From: Promethearchaeota archaeon | GTDB taxonomy: Archaea; Asgardarchaeota; Lokiarchaeia; Sigyniarchaeales; SOKP01 | Assembly (NCBI GenBank): GCA_016839555.1 | Contig: JAEOUA010000010.1 | Location: 32,001-96,000, forward strand | Length of the DNA stretch: 64,000 nucleotides | Direction of reading: 5' to 3' | Shown here: in pieces, positions 50,554 to 60,220 of the stretch | How the letters are laid out: every line of letters begins with the position of its first letter | Numbering within the stretch: the stretch's first letter is position 1 | Made by a program: the position numbers and the translations under genes | The notes under the pieces: model-generated | What the model saw: the letters and a program-made list of their open reading frames with translations, nothing else | Databases searched by the model: none | What the model was told of the DNA's origin: nothing

Positions 50554-50755
50554 AGTGATATTTTTTTGAAATGAGTTCTTACATAATAAAAAAAAAATCA
50601 TTATTTTTAATTATATTGGTAAAAAATATGGGATTTCTGAATAAACCATAAATGTAGCTTTTACGATAAAATTACTTAAATTAATTTATTTGGGTTAGAG
50701 ATGTTTTTACCGCTTAATAGTATATCTATACCCTATCTTTGTTTATAAATACTTA

Positions 50756-51577
50756 TTGTTTTCTTTTATTATTATGTTTAAACTTAATTCAAGAGAAAAA
50801 ATACAATTATTTTTCCGAGAATTATTTCAAGTATTAAAAAGTATAAAAAAAAACTGGAATACCCCATGGATTGAAATTCCTACTATATCGTTTTTTAATA
50901 ATTTAAATGTTCATGAAATTAACGAGTTCATTCACTATTTTAATTTTTTAAAGAAAGAAGCTTTCAATTGTATATCAATCAATAAAATTGAATTTATTAT
51001 CGAATCAATGGCAATTTTAAATTATGATATTAAAGTATACTCAGAAATAATAGATTATCATGGATTCGAATTATTAATAAAGAAGATCCTTTGCAGAAAT
51101 GGATATTATGTTATTAATAATTTTTATTTTTCAGATAATTCTCCTTTAAAAGCCCAAAACGGTCAAAAACGTTATGAGATTGATATAGTGGGCTTAAAAA
51201 AAGATATACTCCTTATAATAGATGCAAAACAATGGTTTAAGAGAAGTCCTTCCCAAGCGATTAGTAATGCAGCAAATCTTCAATACCAAAGAGGTTTAGC
51301 ACTCATTCAGAATCCAGAAATTTTAAATGAATTATTATCAAAATTACTTAACTCCTTTAAACATAAGAAAAAAAAGCCTGTGAAAAGATATGGTTTATTA
51401 AAATTAGTTCCATTAATGGTGACCTTAGAGGAAAATTTCATGAAATTAAATGAAAACCATGTTCCTCTTGTTTGTATTAATAGATTAAATTCTTTTTTAA
51501 ATGAATTAGGAATTACTTTAGATAAGTTTCATTACCTAATATTTAATAATTTCTCCCCCAAACCTATAAATTATTGA
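50756..51577 (+). CDS. PD-(D/E)xK nuclease-fold protein (NERD/Mrr-like)
   Basis: GFE..I..IL...GY, EIDIVG....IIDAKQW; start uncertain. Confidence 0.7.
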   Translation: MFSFIIMFKLNSREKIQLFFRELFQVLKSIKKNWNTPWIEIPTISFFNNLNVHEINEFIHYFNFLKKEAFNCISINKIEFIIESMAILNYDIKVYSEIIDYHGFELLIKKILCRNGYYVINNFYFSDNSPLKAQNGQKRYEIDIVGLKKDILLIIDAKQWFKRSPSQAISNAANLQYQRGLALIQNPEILNELLSKLLNSFKHKKKKPVKRYGLLKLVPLMVTLEENFMKLNENHVPLVCINRLNSFLNELGITLDKFHYLIFNNFSPKPINY

Positions 51578-51768
51578 TAAGTTTTTCAAAGTTTTATGTT
51601 TAATTATTAAGTCTCATAAAATCATCTTATTATAATTAAAAAATTAAAGAAAGACCTAGTAATCTTATATAGATTAAGAATAAGTTTTAAAATGAAAAAA
51701 CTAATTAAGATTCAAAAATAACTAAGTATGGTTATCTATTACTTAATTAATATCTTTTAAAATGCTTT

Positions 51769-52008
51769 ATGGTCGGTAAAATTAAAATTGAGGAAGAATA
51801 CTGCAAAGGTTGTGGCTATTGCGTCGAAATATGTTCAAAAGAAGTATTAAAACAAAATAATAAAATAAATAGCAGAGGGTATATTCTTCCTGAAGTTATT
51901 AATGAAAAGGATTGTATTTTTTGTAAAAAATGTGAATTAATTTGTCCAGAGATGGCGATAAGTATTATAAAGGTGGATTTCCCCGAAAATGAAAGAAATT
52001 CAAGTTGA
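51769..52008 (+). CDS. korD: 2-oxoacid:ferredoxin oxidoreductase delta subunit (2x4Fe-4S)
   Basis: CKGCGYCVEIC, CIFCKKCELICP; operon context. Confidence 0.85.
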   Translation: MVGKIKIEEEYCKGCGYCVEICSKEVLKQNNKINSRGYILPEVINEKDCIFCKKCELICPEMAISIIKVDFPENERNSS

Positions 52009-53167
52009 TGATTTATTAGAGCCTAAAATTCAATTTGCTACGGGTAATGAGGCAATCGTTTATGGAGCCTTATTAGCAAATTGTCGGTTTTTTGCAGGAT
52101 ATCCCATCACTCCTGCAAGTGAAATTCTAGAATTAATGGCTAAATATTTGCCCTTATTAAAGGGAGGATATTTTTTACAAATGGAAGATGAAATAGCTTC
52201 AATTGCAGCAATTATCGGAGCCAGCTGGAATAATTATAGAACAATGACCGCAACCTCCGGCCCTGGATTTTCCTTAATGCAGGAGAATATTGGATTTGCT
52301 TGTATGACAGAAACGCCTTGCGTAATCATTGATGTTCAGCGCTCTGGACCATCAACAGGACAACCCACCAAACCCGCACAAGGAGATATTATGGAAGTGA
52401 GATGGGGTACTCATGGAGATCATAATATTATAGCATTATATCCAAATAGTGTTCAAGAATCCCTTTGGATGACGATACGAGCTTTTAATTTGGCGGATAA
52501 ATACAGAGTGCCTGTAATTGTACTTTCAGATGCAGCAATTGCTCATATGAGAGAAAAATTAGTTATACCAAATCAAAATGAAGTAGATATCATCAAAAGA
52601 ATACCAGTGACTATTGAAAAGCCAAAATATCATCCTTTCCGAACAGGGTATACGCATCCAACTAAAGTGCCCGAAATGGATACTCTAGGAGGAAAATACC
52701 ATACTTATTTAACTGGGCTAACCCACGATTGGAAAGCTCATCCCGAGACAGATGATCCAGAAGTACATGAAAAATTAGTAAGACGATTTTATGAAAAAAT
52801 AGAAGATAATAAAGACGATATTATTAGCTATCAAGAAGAATATCTTGAGAATGCGGATATTGTGATAGTCTCTTATGGGATTACCTCTAGAGTAATAGGA
52901 ACAGCAATTGAAAAGGCAAGAGAGCAGGGTTATCGCGTGGGTCATTTTCGTTTAATAACTATATGGCCCTTTCCAGCAGAAGAGATTTTGGATCTTTCAT
53001 TAGAGATAAAAAAGTTTATTGTGGTAGAAATGAATCTTGGACAATTATATCATTCTATTGTAGAGTATTCAAATGGAAATTGCCAAGTAGATAAGCTTTT
53101 TTCCATAGGTGGTAAGATTCCAACTCCAAAGGACATTTTGAAAGTAATTAAAAAGAGGATATTATAG
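51989..53167 (+). CDS. korA: 2-oxoacid:ferredoxin oxidoreductase alpha subunit
   Basis: GNEA, GYPITP.SE, QMEDE, TATSGPGFSLMQE, QRSGPSTG, VEMN.GQ. Confidence 0.92.
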   Translation: MKEIQVDDLLEPKIQFATGNEAIVYGALLANCRFFAGYPITPASEILELMAKYLPLLKGGYFLQMEDEIASIAAIIGASWNNYRTMTATSGPGFSLMQENIGFACMTETPCVIIDVQRSGPSTGQPTKPAQGDIMEVRWGTHGDHNIIALYPNSVQESLWMTIRAFNLADKYRVPVIVLSDAAIAHMREKLVIPNQNEVDIIKRIPVTIEKPKYHPFRTGYTHPTKVPEMDTLGGKYHTYLTGLTHDWKAHPETDDPEVHEKLVRRFYEKIEDNKDDIISYQEEYLENADIVIVSYGITSRVIGTAIEKAREQGYRVGHFRLITIWPFPAEEILDLSLEIKKFIVVEMNLGQLYHSIVEYSNGNCQVDKLFSIGGKIPTPKDILKVIKKRIL

Positions 53168-53170
53168 ACA

Positions 53171-54055
53171 ATGGCAAAATCGACAGAAGAATTAAGGGAA
53201 AAATATTTAAGAACAGATCTTTTACCTACAATTTTTTGTCCTGGTTGTGGGATCGGACAGATTATGCAATATGTGGTAAGAGCGATTAATGATCTTGAAA
53301 TTAATCAAGATAACTTAGTTTTTGTATCTGGTATTGGATGCTCATCTAGATTACCAGCATATTTTGAAGCTTATGGTGTGCATACGCTCCATGGTCGTGC
53401 ATTAGCATATGCAACTGGAATTAAAGTTACTAATCCAAATCTCACCGTTATTGTGTTCACTGGAGACGGAGATCTTGCAGCAATAGGTTTAGGTCATTTT
53501 CTTCATGCTATAAGGCGAAATATAGATATTAACGTTATATGTGTGAATAATGAAACTTATGGAATGACCGGAGGGCAAATAAGCCCAACAACATCCATGG
53601 GAACGATCACAAAAACCACGCCATATAGTAATATTGAACACTCCTTTAATCTTTCATTTTTAGCGAAAGCTGCAGGGGCAGTATATGTATCGCGATGGAC
53701 AACGGCACATTCTGTCCAGGTTATTAAATCCATTAAAAAAGGAATAAAAAAGAAGGGACTTGCCTTTATTGAATTGATTTCCCCATGTCCAACAAGCAAT
53801 AGAAAATACGAAGACCCTAAAGAATATTTAAATTATTTCCTCAATGAAACTATTAATTACTCTAAAGCATGCAAAGATGAATATTCAAGTCATATCTTTA
53901 AAGATTTAGATGAATGCTTTACCGCACGTTATCAAGGAAAGCTTATTATTGGCGAAATTACAGATCTTGATAAACCAGACTATCATACTTTATATGCACA
54001 ATTAAAAGAGAGAATCATAGATGAATATTGGGAAAAACGAGCAGAAAGAGAGTAA
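53171..54055 (+). CDS. korB: 2-oxoacid:ferredoxin oxidoreductase beta subunit
   Basis: FCPGCG, SGIGCS, HTLHGR, GDGD, NN..YGMTGGQ.SPT, SPCP. Confidence 0.92.
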   Translation: MAKSTEELREKYLRTDLLPTIFCPGCGIGQIMQYVVRAINDLEINQDNLVFVSGIGCSSRLPAYFEAYGVHTLHGRALAYATGIKVTNPNLTVIVFTGDGDLAAIGLGHFLHAIRRNIDINVICVNNETYGMTGGQISPTTSMGTITKTTPYSNIEHSFNLSFLAKAAGAVYVSRWTTAHSVQVIKSIKKGIKKKGLAFIELISPCPTSNRKYEDPKEYLNYFLNETINYSKACKDEYSSHIFKDLDECFTARYQGKLIIGEITDLDKPDYHTLYAQLKERIIDEYWEKRAERE

Positions 54056-54566
54056 TATTAGGTTTTGTGGCTCAGGAGGAATGGGTGTTATCCTTGCAAG
54101 TATCATTTTAGGAAGAGCCGCCATTTATGAAGGTAAAAGTGCAATCCAAATTCAATCTTATGGCGCGGAACAGAGAGGTACTAGAGTTAAAAGCGACATT
54201 CTTATCTCCCAGCATGAGGAACCAGCTTTTCCTTTATTCGATAAGGTTGATATATTAGTAGCGTTTTCGCAAGAGGCCTTTAATCATTATCTAATTGATA
54301 TTTGGGAAGAAAGTATTGTAATCATAAATGAAGATCTTGTAGAATCTAAGGAAGAACGAAAAAATCTTTATAAGATCCCGGCAAGTTCTCTTGCAGGAGA
54401 TTTGAAAAACCCTAAAGTTATGAATATTATCATGCTCGGAGGATTAGTTAAAATAACAAATATTATTTCAAAAGATTCTTTACTTAAAGCCATTAATATT
54501 TCAGTCCCAAAAAAATATATTAAAGTAAACATTGAAGGATTTCAACAAGGATATAATATTATATAA
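54021..54566 (+). CDS. korC: 2-oxoacid:ferredoxin oxidoreductase gamma subunit
   Basis: G.GGMGV, QSYGAEQRG, NIIMLG, N..GF..G. Confidence 0.9.
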   Translation: MNIGKNEQKESNIRFCGSGGMGVILASIILGRAAIYEGKSAIQIQSYGAEQRGTRVKSDILISQHEEPAFPLFDKVDILVAFSQEAFNHYLIDIWEESIVIINEDLVESKEERKNLYKIPASSLAGDLKNPKVMNIIMLGGLVKITNIISKDSLLKAINISVPKKYIKVNIEGFQQGYNII

Positions 54567-54615
54567 CAATCTTATTTGAAATTAAATTAAATATTTTAAT
54601 ATTAAAAATTGAATC

Positions 54616-55851
54616 ATGAATCGCCACTGTGCTATTATTGGAGTTGGGCATACTAAATTTGGACGAATAGAAGAAAAAAATTTAATGGATTTATTATGTG
54701 AAGCTTCCTTAGAAGCTATAAAAGACTCCAATACAGATACTAAGGATTTTGATTCGGTCTATGTTGGATGCATGAGTGCAAACGCTTTTAATAATATTTC
54801 GGGAATAGCAAGTGCATTAGTAGATAAGATTAGTCTATTACCTGCAGCGGCAGATCATATTAAGAATGGACCAGCCAGCGGGGGATCTGCTGTGAAAGCA
54901 GGATTTCAAGCTATAATGTCTGGCATGAGCGATCTAGTTCTTATTGTAGGAGGTGAAAAAATGACACATATTGCAAAACCAGGATTTATAACATCTAATG
55001 TTGCAACCATTACGCATCCCGAAGCGGAAAGAATTCATGGTGTTTCTCTTCCTGCTATGGCGGGTCTTTTAACCAGAACTTATCTAAATGAATATAATGC
55101 TAAATTAAGTTGGCTTTCAGATATCGCTATTAAAAATCATAATAATGGGGTGTTAAATCCTTTAGCTCATTTTCAGAAAAGTATAGAAGATATCATGAAA
55201 CACGCAATCAAAAAAGGGAAGGGAAATTGGAACGATATTCAAGAATTTTTAAAAGATGACAAAGTAAATCCTATAATTGCGGATCCACTTCGTTTATATC
55301 ATATATGCCCTATTTCCGATGGAAGTGCAGCACTCATTCTTTGTAATGCGGATATTGCGAAAGAATTTTGTGATACCCCTATATTAATTTCTGGAATTGG
55401 TCAAGCTACAGATACTCATATTATATATGAAAGAGAAGATATAACTACTTTAAAAGCATTGAAAATATGTTCTCAGCAAGCGTATAAAATGGCAGGAATT
55501 TCACCTGAAGATATTGATGTAGCTGAACTGCACGATGCTTTTGAAATTTTAGAAGCTGTTGAAAGTGAGGATATTGGATTCTTTCCCAAAGGAGAAGGGG
55601 CAAAAGCAGCTCATGAGGGTTTGACAGAGATAGGAGGGAAAATTCCAATCAATCCATCGGGAGGTTTAAAAGCACGTGGTCATCCTTTAGGTGCTACTGG
55701 TGTGGCGCAAATTGTCGAATTATATTGGCAATTACAAGGAGAGGCGGGAAAACGACAAATCGATGGGGCTGAAAAAGGTATAAGCTGTAATTTTGGAGGT
55801 TTTGGAAATAATATATTATCTTTTATTTTAGAGAGAATGGATCGGATTTAG
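54616..55851 (+). CDS. SCP-x-type thiolase-fold protein lacking the N-terminal nucleophilic Cys
   Basis: IIGVG.TKFG, KNGPASG (for ENACASG), GGEKM, PISDGSAA, ELHDAF, NPSGGLKARGHP.GATG. Confidence 0.9.
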   Translation: MNRHCAIIGVGHTKFGRIEEKNLMDLLCEASLEAIKDSNTDTKDFDSVYVGCMSANAFNNISGIASALVDKISLLPAAADHIKNGPASGGSAVKAGFQAIMSGMSDLVLIVGGEKMTHIAKPGFITSNVATITHPEAERIHGVSLPAMAGLLTRTYLNEYNAKLSWLSDIAIKNHNNGVLNPLAHFQKSIEDIMKHAIKKGKGNWNDIQEFLKDDKVNPIIADPLRLYHICPISDGSAALILCNADIAKEFCDTPILISGIGQATDTHIIYEREDITTLKALKICSQQAYKMAGISPEDIDVAELHDAFEILEAVESEDIGFFPKGEGAKAAHEGLTEIGGKIPINPSGGLKARGHPLGATGVAQIVELYWQLQGEAGKRQIDGAEKGISCNFGGFGNNILSFILERMDRI

Positions 55852-55854
55852 AGA

Positions 55855-56223
55855 ATGAATGAAAATATAATTGAAATTCGATGGAAAAAATGTAATAATT
55901 GTGGATTCTTACAACATAATTCTCATTTAAGATGTCTGCAATGTAAAAGTGATAACTTTTCTTTAATTAATCCATCTGGACTTGGAACACTAGTAAGTTA
56001 TACTATTTTAAATGCTCCACCCATGGAATTTAGAGAAAAAAAATCTTACGCTTTGGGAATTATAGAATTTAGTAATAATATTAAAACTTTAGGGCAAATC
56101 ACAAGAACTGATAATTTAAAAATTGGGATGAAATTAAAACCAATTTATCAAGAAATATGCCCTAATTTAGATGGAAAAAAAGTTATAACATATATATTTG
56201 AACCTATAGAGAAATTAGCCTGA
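55855..56223 (+). CDS. DUF35 Zn-ribbon/OB-fold protein (thiolase partner)
   Basis: CNNCG..C..C, G.LVSYT, IGM. Confidence 0.88.
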   Translation: MNENIIEIRWKKCNNCGFLQHNSHLRCLQCKSDNFSLINPSGLGTLVSYTILNAPPMEFREKKSYALGIIEFSNNIKTLGQITRTDNLKIGMKLKPIYQEICPNLDGKKVITYIFEPIEKLA

Positions 56224-56240
56224 GAAGAGGGATCAAAATA

Positions 56241-57917
56241 ATGTTTTCTAAAGAAGAGTTAAATAAAATAAAACAATTAAAAAAGAATTGGAAATCTAAG
56301 GTTTTAAAAAATAATGTAAAGAAAGGGGAGAGAAAAGATAAAATTGAGACTCCCTCTGGGATTACTTTAAAGGAAATTTATGATCCACTAAATATTAAAA
56401 ATTTAGATTATCTAGAACACCTCTCTTATCCAGGCTTACCTCCTTATACCCGAGGAGTCTATCCAACCATGTATAGAGGACGATTATGGACAATGCGACA
56501 ATATAGTGGATTTGCGGATGCGCAGAAAACAAATGAACGATTTAAATACCTTATTTCTCAAGGACAAAAAGGATTATCTATTGCTTTTGATCTCCCCACT
56601 CAAATGGGTTATGATCCAGATAATGAATTATGTATCGGAGAAGTTGGAAGAGTTGGTGTTTCAGTTAGTTCATTAAAAGACTTTGAACAATTGTTTGAAG
56701 GTATTCCCCTAGATCAAATATCTACTAGTATGACAATAAATTCACCTACCGCAATTCTTTTAGCAATGTATATTGTTGTTGCCGAACAAAAAGGAATCGA
56801 GAAGGCAAAACTGAGGGGGACTGTACAGAATGATATTTTAAAAGAATATGTAGCCAGAGGTACTTATATTTTTCCTCCAGATCCTTCATTAAGATTAACA
56901 GCAGATGTGATTGAGTATTGTTCAAAATATATGCCTCTTTTTAATATCATAAGTATTAGTGGCTATCATATGCGGGAAGCAGGGTCTAATGCAATACAAG
57001 AGGTAGCATTTACATTAGCTAATGGAATTAGCTATGTGAAGGAAGTTTTAAAGAGAGGTATGAATATTGATGAGTTTGCGCCTAGATTATCATTTTTTTT
57101 TGCAGCACAAAATAATTTTTTTGAAGAAATTGCTAAATTTAGAGCAGCTAGACGATTATGGGCACGAATTATGAAAACAAAATTTAATGCTAAAGATCCT
57201 AAGTCTTTAAAAATGAGATTCCATACACAGACGGCCGGAATAACCTTAACTGCACAACAGCCTAAAGTTAATATAATAAGAGTTGCGCTTCAAGCATTAT
57301 CTAGCATTCTTGGAGGTACCCAAAGTCTTCATACATGTGGGGCAGACGAAGCATTAAGTATCCCTACAAAAGATTCTGTGAGATTATCATTAAGAACCCA
57401 ACAAGTAATAGCATATGAATCGGGTGTGTCAGATGTAATAGATCCATTAGGAGGGTCATATTATCTCGAATCTTTAACCACTGAATTAGAACAAAGAGCA
57501 ATGGAATATATAGATAAAATTGAGGAAATGGGGGGTATGGCAGCAGCAATAAATAAAAACTTTATTCAAAAAGAAATCTCCAATAATGCCTATTTGACCC
57601 AAAAAAAAATCGAGGAAGGTAATATAAAAATAATAGGTGTAAATATATTTCAAAGCAAGTATGATTTAGAAACCGAGACATTTAAATTTGATGAGAGTAT
57701 AGCTGAAAAAAAAATAAAGGAATTACAACAATTAAAAAAGGAAAGAGATAATGAAGCGGTACATGAGAGCTTAATTAATTTAAAAAAAGTAGCAGCAACT
57801 AATGAAAATATTATGCCTTCAATAATCAAAACAGTAAAATCATATGCTACTCTTCAAGAGATTTGTGATATATTAAGAGATGTATTTGGAATATATCAAA
57901 AAAGACAGATTTTTTGA
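56241..57917 (+). CDS. mcmA: Methylmalonyl-CoA mutase, substrate-binding large subunit
   Basis: PG.PPYTRG, WTMRQYSGF, AFDLPTQ.G.D, QNDILKEY.ARG, ISGYH.REAG, DPLGGS; no B12-binding domain. Confidence 0.93.
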   Translation: MFSKEELNKIKQLKKNWKSKVLKNNVKKGERKDKIETPSGITLKEIYDPLNIKNLDYLEHLSYPGLPPYTRGVYPTMYRGRLWTMRQYSGFADAQKTNERFKYLISQGQKGLSIAFDLPTQMGYDPDNELCIGEVGRVGVSVSSLKDFEQLFEGIPLDQISTSMTINSPTAILLAMYIVVAEQKGIEKAKLRGTVQNDILKEYVARGTYIFPPDPSLRLTADVIEYCSKYMPLFNIISISGYHMREAGSNAIQEVAFTLANGISYVKEVLKRGMNIDEFAPRLSFFFAAQNNFFEEIAKFRAARRLWARIMKTKFNAKDPKSLKMRFHTQTAGITLTAQQPKVNIIRVALQALSSILGGTQSLHTCGADEALSIPTKDSVRLSLRTQQVIAYESGVSDVIDPLGGSYYLESLTTELEQRAMEYIDKIEEMGGMAAAINKNFIQKEISNNAYLTQKKIEEGNIKIIGVNIFQSKYDLETETFKFDESIAEKKIKELQQLKKERDNEAVHESLINLKKVAATNENIMPSIIKTVKSYATLQEICDILRDVFGIYQKRQIF

Positions 57918-57974
57918 AATGAAAGTAGATGACTTATATTTTTTTATTTTTGTAATTTAATTCTTTATAGATTA

Positions 57975-59009
57975 TTATTGATTATTTTTCTTTAATAAGC
58001 GTTTTAATTGTTTATTAACAAAAGTACTAGCGATATGTATGATCCCGCTCTTGACTTTTGGATTAGAGAAAATAATTAGGATATTATCACTTAAATCTGC
58101 AGTATTATAATAAAGAGGTGCTAAATCTAACACACCTTCTGTTCCTCTGAGTGTTATCGAATGCAAAACACCAGCATTTAAACCATCAATAATATCTGTT
58201 CCAATCATGAATAAATTTTGTGCGATTGTGGCAAATAAGGAATCAGAAGCTCGATCAGAAATGGCAGATGCTAGGATTTTTCCATCATTATTTAAGATTG
58301 CAGATGCTTCTATATGTATATCTATATTTAATAATTCCTTCAATACTTCATTTAAATTTTCCGGTTTTAACTCTTTTTTACTTTTAACTTTTTCATATGA
58401 TTGTTCCTTATTAACTGTCAATTCAGGAGATGGTAACTTTTCTGATAAAAATGATAAAACTGTTTTCATATCCTTAGCTAGACGCTTTTGCCTATCTGGA
58501 GTGGCTGGTAAACATTCTTCCTTAGTTGATAATTCTTGCGTTTCATCGATTAAGTTTGATTTTGAGGGCTTTTTTATCTCTTTCTTATATGAAGGGGTTA
58601 AAAAAGAACCATCAAAAGGTATTGGGTCAATTTCCTTTAAATATTCTTTTTTATCATATTCCATCTCAATTGAATTAGACTCAAATGATGGTTCCTCATT
58701 TGTCGTTAACCCTTTATTTGGTATATCTTGAAGGTCTGATTTCTTTGGTTTTTGTTGAGACTTTGAATTCTTGCTTAGATTAGGGCCACTAAAGAATTTT
58801 AATTCTCCATATAAATCCATTTTTTGATTATTTTGGACATCTTGATCTTTTTTCTTATTTTTTGGCAAATTTTCTAGGGTATTATTTGCATTTCCATATT
58901 GAATTCGAACTCGTGGAGGTTCGGATGATACAGGGAGAACTGCGCCACATCTTCTACAAACCTTTGCATCATCTCCATTTGATGACCCACAATTACTGCA
59001 TATTCTCAT
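57975..59009 (-). CDS. Zn-ribbon + low-complexity linker + roadblock/LC7 domain protein
   Basis: CSNCG..CRRCG; C-terminal IEASAILNNDG.ILAS..L..G.L..I..RG.EG. Confidence 0.8.
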   Translation of the reverse strand: MRICSNCGSSNGDDAKVCRRCGAVLPVSSEPPRVRIQYGNANNTLENLPKNKKKDQDVQNNQKMDLYGELKFFSGPNLSKNSKSQQKPKKSDLQDIPNKGLTTNEEPSFESNSIEMEYDKKEYLKEIDPIPFDGSFLTPSYKKEIKKPSKSNLIDETQELSTKEECLPATPDRQKRLAKDMKTVLSFLSEKLPSPELTVNKEQSYEKVKSKKELKPENLNEVLKELLNIDIHIEASAILNNDGKILASAISDRASDSLFATIAQNLFMIGTDIIDGLNAGVLHSITLRGTEGVLDLAPLYYNTADLSDNILIIFSNPKVKSGIIHIASTFVNKQLKRLLKKNNQ

Positions 59010-59215
59010 GCTTAACCTCTAATATTTTAGATATTAAATGATATAAATGATATATTGTTTTTTATATAAATATGCTTCCTTTTTTATAAATTACAGTCTA
59101 AAAGAACTATAAAAACAAAATAATAAAAATTTATTCTTTATAAATTGAAAACCTAAATTTTGAAATAGTTACATGCTATTAATATTAAAAAATATTTAAA
59201 AAAACCAAGAAAAAT

Positions 59216-60154
59216 TTACCTAATAAATGATTCCAAAAAATTACTTAATATTACTACTGAATCATTATTATAGGTGGATTCCTTCTTTACAAAAAGTAGA
59301 TAATAAGGTGGATTAACCCTTATTTGGGAAAAGAAAAAATATCTATTATGTCGATATACAATAATTTTATCTTCTGGATTCTTTACAGAAAAACCTCTGG
59401 TCCCAACTAATAGATTAAATCGGTCATTTAAGCGAAGAAAATAAGGAGGAACTAAATTCATTAATTCTTCAATATTGTTATCTTCAAAAAAAGAACTGAC
59501 TATTAAGGAATTATTATCAATTAATACTGCCCCTTCACAGTTTTCTTTATAAGCAAATTGTTCTAATGTTCTATTTAATAACTCAGGTTTATCTATAAGT
59601 GTGAGGAAAATTTCAGACATTACTTGTATTAATCCAGAAATATCATATACAGAAGTCTTATAGAAATAGAGCCGTTTATAGTTAGATGCTTTCTTAATAT
59701 CTTCCTTTAAATTGATTATTAATTCCGAATATTCATTTAATGCACTTCTTTCCAACGCGGGATCGTACTTATGAAAGAATATATAAATTGGAGGATTGAT
59801 TTCTAATTCCTCAAATTTTTTGATAACATCATCAAGATAACTAAGAGCCTCTGGAATCCTTTTTTTATTTCTGATGTCTATACAAAAGATACAGATTTCT
59901 GTATTATCGAAATATTTACCAGGATTTTTAATATATGAGATACGATAGAGTTCTTGTCCACCAAGGTCCCACTCGCTTATGTTTCTTCCTAAGAAACTAA
60001 AAACCCTTCTCTGAGCCCCTCTAGTGGGAGTAATAGAAGATATTTTCGAAAATTCTCTTTGTAAAGCTAGTATAATAGAGCTTTTTCCTGCATTATCCAA
60101 TCCGGTGAAGAGAATCTTCTCAACCTCGATGTCCTCTTGTTTTAAATATTCCAT
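59216..60154 (-). CDS. Rag/Arf-like small GTPase with C-terminal roadblock-like domain
   Basis: GLDNAGKS, PTRG, WDLGGQ, HKYD, KTSV; AVLIDNNSLIVSS. Confidence 0.87.
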   Translation of the reverse strand: MEYLKQEDIEVEKILFTGLDNAGKSSIILALQREFSKISSITPTRGAQRRVFSFLGRNISEWDLGGQELYRISYIKNPGKYFDNTEICIFCIDIRNKKRIPEALSYLDDVIKKFEELEINPPIYIFFHKYDPALERSALNEYSELIINLKEDIKKASNYKRLYFYKTSVYDISGLIQVMSEIFLTLIDKPELLNRTLEQFAYKENCEGAVLIDNNSLIVSSFFEDNNIEELMNLVPPYFLRLNDRFNLLVGTRGFSVKNPEDKIIVYRHNRYFFFSQIRVNPPYYLLFVKKESTYNNDSVVILSNFLESFIR

Positions 60155-60220
60155 TTGTGAATTTCACCTTACACTCATTAATATTTATTATAATAAATAA
60201 ATATAATAAATATTTGCAAT

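Noticed and set aside
50756-51577. Defence island or restriction-modification system
   Set aside because: A lone nuclease-fold gene among housekeeping genes, with no DNA methylase or mobility genes nearby.
58207-58731. 174-aa plus-strand ORF, and the many other short antisense ORFs in the track (e.g. 946, 2194, 7898, 16526, 35803, 47809, 61969)
   Set aside because: They lie opposite well-supported genes and have no motifs; treated as antisense shadows.
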